Shown piece after piece: positions 27,360 through 35,556 of a DNA stretch of 64,000 nucleotides. This stretch comes from a phage. Position 1 is the stretch's first letter. Every line of letters begins with the position of its first letter. Both the position numbers and the translations under genes were made by a program. The stretch lies in the NCBI GenBank assembly GCA_028909515.1, contig GCA_028909515.1_4811.1; one strand, written 5' to 3'. The notes beneath the pieces were generated by a model. It had not been told where the DNA came from, did not search any database, and was given only the letters and a program-made list of their open reading frames with translations.

Positions 27360-27986
27360 ATGGTTAGCTTAAATCGTTTCTCGACTAGCGGCGACGTTAT
27401 CGCAACTAAGACCGCCGACCTCGTTGCATTTTATAATGCAAATTCCGGTTCGAAGCCGATTAAGAAATTTGCGGACCGCCGGACCGCCGAGACTCGCGTA
27501 ATCGCGTTAATCGAGTCCTTAAACGCGCTCGATGAGCCGTCCAACGAATCGCCCATTCCCGACGCGAAGCCGCGCGAGGAAGTGTCCAGCGATGTAAAAA
27601 CGCATAAGGCGCGCGCGGTCGTTAAAAAGGCCGAGCCGACCCAGGAAGAACTCGACGCGATGAGCGATGAAGAGTATGAAGCCTTCGTTAAGAGCGGCTT
27701 AAACGATAGTGCGAATTGCGTAGTGCAAAATGGAACTCCTTCCCATCGCCGTTCGAATAGCGAAGGTATTGCAAAAAGTTGGGATAATAAGGAAGTGGCG
27801 CAAAAGCGTCTTACTCGTAACGGTGTTATGGTCGAGGGTGTAGGCGAGTTCAAATCGGTCCGCGTAGCGTTCGCCGCGCTGGGCTTACCGGATAGCAAGC
27901 ATATTCGCTTCCGCATGAAGCTTAAAGAAGCTGGACGCTTAAACTTCGAGTTCGGCAACAAGTCCTACACCTTCCAGATTATCTAA
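27360..27986 (+). CDS. hypothetical protein
   Basis: 208 aa; AGGAG RBS; CpG-rich, CTG-poor codon usage like the adjacent paralogs; hairpin terminator follows. Confidence 0.55.
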   Translation: MVSLNRFSTSGDVIATKTADLVAFYNANSGSKPIKKFADRRTAETRVIALIESLNALDEPSNESPIPDAKPREEVSSDVKTHKARAVVKKAEPTQEELDAMSDEEYEAFVKSGLNDSANCVVQNGTPSHRRSNSEGIAKSWDNKEVAQKRLTRNGVMVEGVGEFKSVRVAFAALGLPDSKHIRFRMKLKEAGRLNFEFGNKSYTFQII

Positions 27987-27992
27987 TCGAAT

Positions 27993-28014
27993 GGCGGCCC
28001 TTCGGGGTCGCTTT
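27993..28014 (+). terminator. rho-independent terminator after 27360..27986
   Basis: GCGGCCC-ttcg-GGGTCGC (one G-U pair) followed by TTTT. Confidence 0.5.
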
Positions 28015-28036
28015 TCATAGTGCAAATTGGTGGATT

Positions 28037-28300
28037 ATGAATACTCTTATTCTCATCGCTACGTTGTCCATCGGAAGTGGTCGCACCTTATCCCTTTATG
28101 ACCATAGTGCAAATTGCGCTTACCCTACGCGCGTTGCGGCGATAGTTAATAGTGCAAATAAGATGCTATTCGAGACTTGCTGGCGGGTCGATAACGAGAA
28201 AGGTCGGGTAGTCTTAGGTTATAGTGCAAATCTGCTGGTGGAGTCGTTCGATTGGACGGCTGAAGGTCGTAAATTGTTACGTAAAGTGACTAAAAGATGA
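28037..28300 (+). CDS. hypothetical protein with in-frame 'SAN' repeats (doubtful)
   Basis: 87-aa ORF carrying three in-frame copies of ATAGTGCAAAT, with further copies flanking it; may be a DNA-level repeat array, not a gene. Confidence 0.3.
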   Translation: MNTLILIATLSIGSGRTLSLYDHSANCAYPTRVAAIVNSANKMLFETCWRVDNEKGRVVLGYSANLLVESFDWTAEGRKLLRKVTKR

Positions 28301-28345
28301 CTTATAATAATACACTTTCTAACGCGTTTATGGTTGCAACCTTCC

Positions 28346-28402
28346 CCGTCGTATTACCGACGGCCCTAGAAGTGGAGAAAATGTGTTCTAGGGCCGTTTT
28401 AT
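28346..28402 (+). terminator. tandem-hairpin terminator
   Basis: CCGTCG-tattac-CGACGG, then CGGCCCTAGAA-N14-TTCTAGGGCCG followed by TTTTAT. Confidence 0.45.
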
Positions 28403-28414
28403 AGTGCAAATTGG

Positions 28415-28888
28415 CTAGTGGCGGGAGAATTGCTCGCCTTCTTTGGCCGCCTCTCCAAAATCCTTGTAGAAATCGTCCATAGAACGGCCCATTTTACTAT
28501 TGCCGTTTTCATCAATCATCGTGATGCCGTAGATGATATTCAGTTCACGAATAGCATTAAGCTTGGCTGACGCCGCGACTTCTGGATCACGCACAAGCTT
28601 GACCAAATTGTGAATTGCACCTTTTACGCTCCACAAATCCTTGAGTGGCATCTCTTCCATACGCTTTTTGAAGCGCATTTTGTAGTATGGGTTGCGTTGC
28701 GCGCAAAGGATTCGCTGGCCAGTGTAGTTATCCGTTGCAACTTCCATTCCAAATACTAGTGCAAAAGCTGCGCGCATGTCATGGCCCTGAATAACAAGGT
28801 CAATGAACTCATCGAATAAAGCCTGATTGTGCTCTGCAAATCGCGGGTCTTCAAAGTCTTCAGGCATCGCTACATAATCTTGACTCAT
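28415..28888 (-). CDS. hypothetical protein
   Basis: Start set at 'MSQDYVAM'; three ATAGTGCAAAT-type copies lie at or just upstream of the start. Confidence 0.5.
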   Translation of the reverse strand: MSQDYVAMPEDFEDPRFAEHNQALFDEFIDLVIQGHDMRAAFALVFGMEVATDNYTGQRILCAQRNPYYKMRFKKRMEEMPLKDLWSVKGAIHNLVKLVRDPEVAASAKLNAIRELNIIYGITMIDENGNSKMGRSMDDFYKDFGEAAKEGEQFSRH

Positions 28889-29029
28889 AGTGCAAAATCC
28901 CATAGTGCAAATTAATAGTGTGAATTATACAATGGATGGACATTATATTCAAGTGCAGATTGATGTTCATTATGGCTATAAACGTACACAAATCATAGTG
29001 CTGATAGAGTTGCGGACCGTGGTGCGTGG

Positions 29030-29365
29030 TGTACTGTTTGATACGTATAAAAGAAATCCATCCCTTTCGCCGCTTGCTATGCAAATCAATGACTTAGCCG
29101 CTGCTGGCTGGTTGAAGCGTATCATGACGTATCATCCGTATTGCCGCAAGTCTTTGTTTTTACTTATATCTTACGGATGATACGTATAAATATAAGTTTA
29201 GTATAAGTATGAGGATGTAGAAAAAAATTAATTTAAATTAATTCAAAATGGAGTTAATTAATTTTCTGGAATTCTATATATATTATGTTTGCACCCGTAT
29301 CATCCGTATCAGCGTATTTTTCCTTATAAATCAATAGCCCAATGATACGTCATGATACGTATGAA
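29030..29365. repeat. iteron-flanked AT-rich element, copy 2
   Basis: TACGGATGATACG-type iterons at about 29117-29140 (inverted), 29171-29187, 29294-29314 (inverted), 29342-29362 around an AT-rich core sharing 'AAAAAAATTAATTTAAATTAATT' and 'GAATTCTATATA' with copy 1. Confidence 0.7.
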
Positions 29366-29855
29366 TGACTGCCTTCGCGGCAAAACAATCCCAGTGTATA
29401 CCAACAATCCCAGGCGCGGCGCACCACAGGGCCACGGTACAATATCCTGTGAAGAGGTGACTCTCATTTCCTTATACGTATCATCATGGACTACGATTAC
29501 TAAAACTAAAAACATTATTAAAATTCTGAGCACCAACACCACAAGCACCAAGACCCACGGCTAACGCACCGTTAGCCAATACTCCACGATAAAATATCCT
29601 ATAAATTACAAACAATCCGCGTATATAATAGCACCATAATTATTTATTTTTGATTCAATATTTACACTAAAATAAGCCATTGTATTTTCCTCACTGTTCT
29701 ATCCGTATTATTTAGTGGATTAAACTGTCATAAATACTTATAAACGTTGATTGCCACAATATGCAATAATCTTGATAAATTATTATAATATTTTCGCTCT
29801 CTTAAATTACAGCCTTGAATCGTAAATAACCACAAAAAGCCTCACATTACACAGG

Positions 29856-29880
29856 CAAACAAAAAGGGCCAATCGGCCCT
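29856..29880 (-). terminator. rho-independent terminator ending the minus-strand early array
   Basis: Minus-strand GGGCC-gatt-GGCCC followed by TTTTTG. Confidence 0.6.
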
Positions 29881-29897
29881 CTTAACATTAATCATAA

Positions 29898-30350
29898 TTA
29901 AAATATAAAATTCTTCACTCCAAGCCTTTTGAATTCTTTCCTTAACATTATATTAAACTTCTTCAATTTAGTTTTATTCATCCTTAGCGGATTGTAGGTG
30001 AACACCTTTTCTATTACTTCCTTACGCATCTTTGAGCGCATATTAGTTAAGTAATAATTCTTGAACATATTAATAAGGTGATTGGCTTCCAGCTTAAGCT
30101 CAATTACTTCTTCCGATTCATCAAGCTCAAGCAGTCCTTTTTGCGTAAGAATATCTCTTAATATATCCTGACATTTCTTGCAATCACCTTTGCCTAAAAG
30201 CGAGTCGATGTAATCGCCGCTGACGCGCTCATCACCGAAATAAGTTGCGCGACCACAAAGGCTTTGCACTTCTCCTTCATCAAAGTAGTGCGCACGATGA
30301 GCCCACTTCGGTATGGCCCAACCAGCGGCGATAAGCTTTTTACCCATCAC
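29898..30350 (-). CDS. hypothetical protein
   Basis: 150-aa basic ORF, last gene of the minus-strand early array; terminator downstream. Confidence 0.5.
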   Translation of the reverse strand: MMGKKLIAAGWAIPKWAHRAHYFDEGEVQSLCGRATYFGDERVSGDYIDSLLGKGDCKKCQDILRDILTQKGLLELDESEEVIELKLEANHLINMFKNYYLTNMRSKMRKEVIEKVFTYNPLRMNKTKLKKFNIMLRKEFKRLGVKNFIF

Positions 30351-30772
30351 CCCTCCTTAACAACCCGATAAGCAATAATGTCGCTGCCTTTGAGTGCTCC
30401 TATATGACCCCAGTGAAGATGGTCAGAAAGTCTCGACAGTACTTTATCACCTCCATTGCGCAGCTTGTATTCAACAATCTCGCCAGGCACCGGATTCTCG
30501 CCACCAAACCACACGGTCCACGCTTCCTCCTTCGGCGCATCATCATCCACGCCTATAGTGGCAACAACGTCGTGCAACTGCTTAACGAGCGCCCACGCAT
30601 CACGGACCTGCGAGCGTAATGCAACCAACTCGCGTTGCGCTTCACCATATTTCGCTTCCAGCGCGGCATAGTCCTCATATTCAACGTAGCCGCCTTCATC
30701 ATCCTTTACAACTTCGCAGGTGCAAGCGTGCTGCGTGCAATAATCAACATCGTAACGTTGTATCATGATCAA
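30347..30772 (-). CDS. hypothetical protein with conserved C-terminal 'GG.NPVPG...DIIAYRVV' domain
   Basis: 141 aa; C-terminal domain shared with 32172..32672. Confidence 0.5.
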   Translation of the reverse strand: MIMIQRYDVDYCTQHACTCEVVKDDEGGYVEYEDYAALEAKYGEAQRELVALRSQVRDAWALVKQLHDVVATIGVDDDAPKEEAWTVWFGGENPVPGEIVEYKLRNGGDKVLSRLSDHLHWGHIGALKGSDIIAYRVVKEG

Positions 30773-31029
30773 TACTCCTTGTTTACTTCTTCAATTATTT
30801 TTTCGGCCAATTTGATTGCCTGTTCTTTGTTTAACACCAAACATGATGTTTCACTGTATATCGACAGCTCAACAAGATTGCAACCTCCTTCACCATCGTT
30901 GTAAAACTGAATGCTGCACACATCGCCGTCATTATCTTCAAACTCAAAGGTTGGGCATTCAGGGGTCCGAAGATTGCTCCTGTCCTTGAACATTTCTTTT
31001 AAGCAATCATTAATCATTTTAAGCTCCAA
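30769..31029 (-). CDS. hypothetical protein
   Basis: 86-aa acidic ORF, 4-nt overlap. Confidence 0.45.
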   Translation of the reverse strand: MELKMINDCLKEMFKDRSNLRTPECPTFEFEDNDGDVCSIQFYNDGEGGCNLVELSIYSETSCLVLNKEQAIKLAEKIIEEVNKEY

Positions 31030-31505
31030 GTATTTAACAGGGTGTTTCGTAAGTTCTGCACTTCTATCTTGAGAAGGTCAATTTGCAAGTCACGATGGGC
31101 CAGTTCAGCGGCGATGTCCGACTTGCTGTAAAGTCCTTCATGAGTCATGGCATAGATGTGGCGCGTATAATAGCCGCCCTCGTCGAGTTGCTCGATGTCA
31201 CGCTGCCCGACTGCGTATTGTTTATCGGTCGATGGCGCTGGGTCCTGGATTTTGATTGATTCGACTTCCTTCAATGAATCGCGTGATGCTGGCCTGTTCT
31301 CTTCGAACATCTTTCCATCACCAATTTGCTTGCACCAAAGCGAATCGCCAATTGCGTATCCCCACTGGCCGCGCCAATCGTTCCATGCAGGCTTCCCCTC
31401 ATACGCCCAGATGGTTCCGTTAGAGTCACGCGCAACGAATCGCGCACGAGCGTCTATTTCGTATTCTTTACCTTCAAAATTGATGCGCTGCGTTTTGTTA
31501 GTCAT
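31014..31505 (-). CDS. hypothetical protein
   Basis: 163-aa ORF in early array. Confidence 0.45.
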   Translation of the reverse strand: MTNKTQRINFEGKEYEIDARARFVARDSNGTIWAYEGKPAWNDWRGQWGYAIGDSLWCKQIGDGKMFEENRPASRDSLKEVESIKIQDPAPSTDKQYAVGQRDIEQLDEGGYYTRHIYAMTHEGLYSKSDIAAELAHRDLQIDLLKIEVQNLRNTLLNTWSLK

Positions 31506-31834
31506 GATGCATCCTTAGTTGGATAGAATTTAGGGTTGTTCTTATAGAACGCCTTGAGCCATGCCTTTGCTTCAGCAATGCTGCTGAACTCTTCCTTGGA
31601 GAGTCCGGTGCGGTCCTCGCCTGCGACCTTGAAATGGATGCGCACCTTGAGACGAAGGTTGGTTGCTCTCGCGTAGTGGCCTTCATAGCCGTCATGGTTA
31701 AGGCTTACTATCGCGGCGAGCATCTCGCAGTCTTCTTTATCGGGATTGCCGCTGTAACAAATCGGCCAGCCACGACGTTGGAATGACCTGTATGAGCCTG
31801 TCGGCTCAGGGTCCACGTACCATTTCAATTTCAT
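31502..31834 (-). CDS. hypothetical protein
   Basis: 110-aa ORF, 4-nt overlap. Confidence 0.45.
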   Translation of the reverse strand: MKLKWYVDPEPTGSYRSFQRRGWPICYSGNPDKEDCEMLAAIVSLNHDGYEGHYARATNLRLKVRIHFKVAGEDRTGLSKEEFSSIAEAKAWLKAFYKNNPKFYPTKDAS

Positions 31835-32172
31835 TTAACCTTCTCCAATTGGAATCTCGTTTCAGGAAAGCCCGCAACAAACATGTCACGGCCCTCTACA
31901 TCACGCTTCACAAACCATCTCATGCCGTTAACAACCGTGAAGACAATTTGCTTTCCATCAATAATAAGTCCTTTTGCCTCATAAAGCAAATAAGACTGAC
32001 CGACCTTGAAGATTGACAGTTCTTTGCCTGTGCTGGTGCACTTGAGCCGCCACTTGGTGAGATTGGATTCACTCGCCTCGATGTCAACAATCTTACCGCG
32101 CAGCGGCGATGTGCGCTGAAGCTCGGCCATCTGTTCATCGAACGTTAGCTCACGGCCTTCTTGCTCTTCCAT
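31831..32172 (-). CDS. hypothetical protein
   Basis: 113-aa ORF, 4-nt overlap. Confidence 0.45.
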   Translation of the reverse strand: MEEQEGRELTFDEQMAELQRTSPLRGKIVDIEASESNLTKWRLKCTSTGKELSIFKVGQSYLLYEAKGLIIDGKQIVFTVVNGMRWFVKRDVEGRDMFVAGFPETRFQLEKVK

Positions 32173-32672
32173 TATTCCTCCACGACGCGATAAGCGATGA
32201 TGTCATACCCCGATTCTTTATGACTCCAACGCCATTTTTCGGATTTTGAAGGAAAAATCGTCTTTGTGCCTTGCCTTACCGCCACGCGGACTAACTTGCC
32301 AGGCACCGGATTGTCGCCGCCATCCCAATCAATCCAACCGTCAGCAGTCTTTTGTTTATCCTTCAAATGCTCATGCTTCTCACCGATGTGGGCGACAGGT
32401 TGACGGCTTCCGTAATAGAATGCTAATGCAACGTCGTAGGATGGATGAGTATTCGAAAGACAGATGTCATCGCACCAAAGCTCCATGGTGCGCGACTTAA
32501 GCGTCATCATGTTAGTATACCACTCGATGGTGTAGTGGTCGTTAAGGTTGCCGACGATATAGAAGTTGCGACAAAAGTGCGCAGCGTCATCCGACTTCTC
32601 GCGGCTATAGCTTCTGATTGCGCCTGCCTTTACAGCCATTTCCAATACTGCTTCGAGTTGTTCGATTTTCAT
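32172..32672 (-). CDS. hypothetical protein with conserved C-terminal 'GG.NPVPG...DIIAYRVV' domain
   Basis: 166 aa; C-terminus 'WDGGDNPVPGKLV...YDIIAYRVVEE' paralogous to 30347..30772. Confidence 0.5.
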   Translation of the reverse strand: MKIEQLEAVLEMAVKAGAIRSYSREKSDDAAHFCRNFYIVGNLNDHYTIEWYTNMMTLKSRTMELWCDDICLSNTHPSYDVALAFYYGSRQPVAHIGEKHEHLKDKQKTADGWIDWDGGDNPVPGKLVRVAVRQGTKTIFPSKSEKWRWSHKESGYDIIAYRVVEE

Positions 32673-32905
32673 TTCTTTGCTCCTAGTTCAATTTGATAGC
32701 CGATTGACAATTCATTTTCGCCGATGTTGAATGCATCAACGGGCTGCGACATCACCGCTTTTAAATATACCTTCTTGCGCCGCTTCGCCTTGTACAGACA
32801 ACGGTCGCCGCTGCGGTTGTAGATGTTAAGCCAGGTGCGCTTGCTAATCTTATACGGCACATGCGGCTTGATGAACAGTAAACGGGCTTTAAGGTTGGAT
32901 GTCAT
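32669..32905 (-). CDS. hypothetical protein
   Basis: 78-aa basic ORF. Confidence 0.4.
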   Translation of the reverse strand: MTSNLKARLLFIKPHVPYKISKRTWLNIYNRSGDRCLYKAKRRKKVYLKAVMSQPVDAFNIGENELSIGYQIELGAKK

Positions 32906-33200
32906 AATAGTATTTTCCTCCTCTCATGTTCTCTTTAATTCCTTGTAATGCCTCGCGACCCTTCTTTGTCATCACCACGGATGAATAGCGCGTCGGGTCT
33001 TTCTCTCCTGGCACCGCCCAATCAACAAGGCCCAACCGGAATAAGACAGGGATTGATGGCGCATTGATGTCGTGAAACAGTGATGGCCGCTTTTCATAAG
33101 CCTTCTTGCAATCGCCGCGCAGCATGTATGGCGTTCCGTCTTCCATGCGATATAATGTCTGAATCTGAGCTAGGCTTAATCTCATTGCTGTCTTCTCCAA
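32889..33200 (-). CDS. hypothetical protein
   Basis: 103-aa ORF. Confidence 0.4.
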   Translation of the reverse strand: MEKTAMRLSLAQIQTLYRMEDGTPYMLRGDCKKAYEKRPSLFHDINAPSIPVLFRLGLVDWAVPGEKDPTRYSSVVMTKKGREALQGIKENMRGGKYYYDIQP

Positions 33201-33367
33201 ACTGCGTGTAATGTTTTCTGGTCAAACTTGGACAGCGTTTCACGCTCCGAAGCCTTAAGGAATCGCGTGCCAAAGAACAGCATGCCTTGCGGCGTTTTAA
33301 CGAGTGACACGCCTTTGTTGCGGTAGAAGCTTACCAGTGCTGATGCGTTATGGACTTCGGTACTCAT
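33182..33367 (-). CDS. hypothetical protein
   Basis: 61-aa ORF. Confidence 0.35.
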   Translation of the reverse strand: MSTEVHNASALVSFYRNKGVSLVKTPQGMLFFGTRFLKASERETLSKFDQKTLHAVWRRQQ

Positions 33368-33669
33368 AAAACGCCTCCAAAAGTCGCAACACGAATGCCG
33401 CGACGCTCAAACGTTAACATAGGATTAATACCCGTCGCGCAGGTGATGTAAGCGTCATCGGCGACAAGGTCATAACCGCCTGCGCAAAGAATGAAGGTCG
33501 TGTCGCTGTTCTTCAAGAGCATAACAGCAGCTGCCGCACCTTTCTTGTTCTTAAAGAAGAATACTGGTTCACCGCCTTCTTGCGTCTCTTTGAACTCCTG
33601 AATAGCGCCGCACTCTACTGCGGCCTGCATCACCTTCAACAACTTGCTCTTCATCGCTTCGGTGCTCAT
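33364..33669 (-). CDS. hypothetical protein
   Basis: Start set at 'MSTEAMK' behind strong RBS AGGAGAGG; promoter/terminator composite upstream. Confidence 0.5.
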   Translation of the reverse strand: MSTEAMKSKLLKVMQAAVECGAIQEFKETQEGGEPVFFFKNKKGAAAAVMLLKNSDTTFILCAGGYDLVADDAYITCATGINPMLTFERRGIRVATFGGVL

Positions 33670-33697
33670 AATAACCTCTCCTTTGCTTGATGAAGTA

Positions 33698-33745
33698 AGT
33701 ATAATACAGACAAATAAAAAGGCAAGCAATTAGCTCACCTTTTTG
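33698..33745 (-). promoter_or_regulatory. terminator-promoter composite element (copy 1)
   Basis: Minus strand: AAAAAGGTGAGC-taatt-GCTTGCCTTTTT hairpin whose 3' arm supplies -35 TTGCCT, 16-bp spacer, -10 TATACT, then TACTTCATCAAG. Confidence 0.5.
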
Positions 33746-33747
33746 AA

Positions 33748-34008
33748 TTAAATCTGATCGGCTTCTTCGTGTAGACCAACTGACCTTAACTTACGCCGCA
33801 AGTAAGCTTTCTTTTCACACTCGCGTCCGGCTGGCGTGACGCGGTACTTTAATGTGTTCTCTCTATTCTTGCGTCGGTTGTTCTCGTCGAGTAGCTCTAC
33901 CAGCGCCTTTGCGTCGTCGAGTGTTAACACCACGGGCCGCGACCCATTAACGGCCTGTCGAAGCTTCCGCGCGGCAAGGGCCAGTGGCGTCATCGGTCCC
34001 TTATTCAA
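33748..34008 (-). CDS. hypothetical protein
   Basis: 86-aa basic ORF. Confidence 0.45.
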   Translation of the reverse strand: MNKGPMTPLALAARKLRQAVNGSRPVVLTLDDAKALVELLDENNRRKNRENTLKYRVTPAGRECEKKAYLRRKLRSVGLHEEADQI

Positions 34009-34397
34009 GCCAACTCCTTATTCATCGGCGTGATGGACAAGACCTTTACTTCAGTGATGTCGCGGTTGTATTCGCGCTTGATTTGAAGAATCTGGGATTG
34101 GATGCGCGCGATGAAGTGCGGCGTGACTCCTTCCTTAACGTTAATCCAGGCCGCAAGCTGCATTGAGTCGATGTCGCTTCTCATCACCGTTGGGCAGTTG
34201 ATGGTACTTGGTGCACCGTTCGCGCCGTAGGCCAGTTGGGAATCATAAGCCGAATACCTGAACGCAACCAGGAACATTCGCTCTTCAAGCTGGCTTTCGC
34301 TTCTTGGATTCTTATCGCAACCAGACATGTGCTGCACAAACTCTTCATGCGGAAGGTGCATGACGTCGTGGCAATAAGGGCAACGTTTCATTCTCAT
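34005..34397 (-). CDS. hypothetical protein, possible zinc-binding (CxxC/H cluster)
   Basis: 130 aa; N-terminal 'CPYCHDVMHLPHEEFVQHMSGC'. Confidence 0.45.
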   Translation of the reverse strand: MRMKRCPYCHDVMHLPHEEFVQHMSGCDKNPRSESQLEERMFLVAFRYSAYDSQLAYGANGAPSTINCPTVMRSDIDSMQLAAWINVKEGVTPHFIARIQSQILQIKREYNRDITEVKVLSITPMNKELA

Positions 34398-34630
34398 TTT
34401 GCATACTCCATAGCATATCGCTGCAACTTGAATGCAGCCTTGTTTAGTTGCTTGTGTCTTGCGTACAAGCGCTCACGTTCTTCTTCAGGGCAATCGGCAC
34501 GAAGAATAGACATGGCAATACTTGACATGGCATTAAGGGTGCGCTGAAAGGCAGACACCATGCGCAACTCATTGCGCTTATTAAAAGACAACTTACCCAG
34601 CGCGGCATTCATAATTGCACCTCGACACAC
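34394..34630 (-). CDS. hypothetical protein
   Basis: 78-aa ORF, 4-nt overlap. Confidence 0.45.
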   Translation of the reverse strand: MCRGAIMNAALGKLSFNKRNELRMVSAFQRTLNAMSSIAMSILRADCPEEERERLYARHKQLNKAAFKLQRYAMEYAK

Positions 34631-34926
34631 GATTCACTGGCCTTGAAGCTCCAGCCTTCCAGACCGACTTCGCCGCAACAGCGCACCTTTGCCCAGCCAG
34701 TCATGAGCCATTGGTGATACTTTTCGAAGTATGTCGGCTTTTCTGAGTAACAATGAACAAGGCCGTTATCGTCAATGGCCACGTAACGCGTCCAAGGTGC
34801 AACGGGTACAACTACGTCGGGGTGGCCTTCTGGCCAAGGCTTGGTGTGTACAGCTGTGTTCAAGTCTATGTTTAACACGCTTCCTAACCGCTCGTCTTGT
34901 TCCTTGTCGATGCCTAAGTAAATCAT
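34609..34926 (-). CDS. hypothetical protein
   Basis: 105-aa ORF; RBS GAGGTG; promoter/terminator composite upstream. Confidence 0.5.
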   Translation of the reverse strand: MIYLGIDKEQDERLGSVLNIDLNTAVHTKPWPEGHPDVVVPVAPWTRYVAIDDNGLVHCYSEKPTYFEKYHQWLMTGWAKVRCCGEVGLEGWSFKASESCVEVQL

Positions 34927-34958
34927 AATTCACCTCACTTGTTCGCCTTGATGAAAAG

Positions 34959-35006
34959 AGTATAAATATTGATAAAAGAAAAGGCAAGCATTTAGCTCAC
35001 CTTTTG
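34959..35006 (-). promoter_or_regulatory. terminator-promoter composite element (copy 2)
   Basis: Minus strand: AAAAGGTGAGC-taaat-GCTTGCCTTTT hairpin, -35 TTGCCT, 17-bp spacer, -10 TATACT, then CTTTTCATCAAG. Confidence 0.5.
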
Positions 35007-35010
35007 ATAT

Positions 35011-35205
35011 TCATTTCTGCTTTATGTATTCATCAACTATGTCGATTATGTATCGATGCTCAACAAGCCACTCAAGCATACTTTCCGGTCTTACGTCGCC
35101 GTTTGGAACGCTTCCATAAAGCGTGCAACTGGCATAACAATCCATGAAGTTCTTTATTGCAGCGGCCTTATCAAGAGTTTTCTGTATGTCTAGTTTAACA
35201 CTCAT
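35011..35205 (-). CDS. hypothetical protein
   Basis: 64-aa ORF, RBS AAAGGTGA. Confidence 0.4.
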   Translation of the reverse strand: MSVKLDIQKTLDKAAAIKNFMDCYASCTLYGSVPNGDVRPESMLEWLVEHRYIIDIVDEYIKQK

Positions 35206-35223
35206 AAATCACCTTTTTGATAT

Positions 35224-35556
35224 TCATTTTACATAGTGGAGTAGATCAATCTCTATCTGATCACGCGTCCTTGTTATCTTTGTATCACCCGTCCGGTGAG
35301 AGAATCGATAGATGGTCAACTCTCCGTCACCTCCCCTATCGAACTTCATGTTGGCTAGTCGACAAGCATATATTGCATTAAGCTTATTACCATAAGACAA
35401 GATGTTAAATGTCAAAACGGTATTGCCCATCCTCACATTCTCTTTTATGCACCTCTTTAAGAAGTAATAGGACTCGGCAAAAGCGTTTTGTCTTTTCCAG
35501 ATTTCTTTAACCTTCTCACGCTCATGCGCGGCGAGTATCTGATCACGGGTCATCAC
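35224..35556 (-). CDS. hypothetical protein
   Basis: 110-aa ORF. Confidence 0.45.
   Translation of the reverse strand: MMTRDQILAAHEREKVKEIWKRQNAFAESYYFLKRCIKENVRMGNTVLTFNILSYGNKLNAIYACRLANMKFDRGGDGELTIYRFSHRTGDTKITRTRDQIEIDLLHYVK

Larger units (their letters stand above)
28016..28925. repeat. dispersed ATAGTGCAAAT motif array
   Basis: Copies at about 28016, 28104, 28149, 28221, 28401, 28888, 28902, with variants at 28757 (CTAGTGCAAAA) and 28915 (ATAGTGTGAAT). Confidence 0.7.

Noticed and set aside
28016-28925. Possible CRISPR array, given the repeated ATAGTGCAAAT motif
   Set aside because: The repeat is only 11 bp, spacing is irregular (45-180 bp) and no cas genes are nearby; not a CRISPR array.
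28904-29897. ORFs 28890..29180, 29324..29551 and 29352..29564
   Set aside because: Short, mutually overlapping, no RBS, embedded in the iteron/AT-rich element; region judged non-coding.
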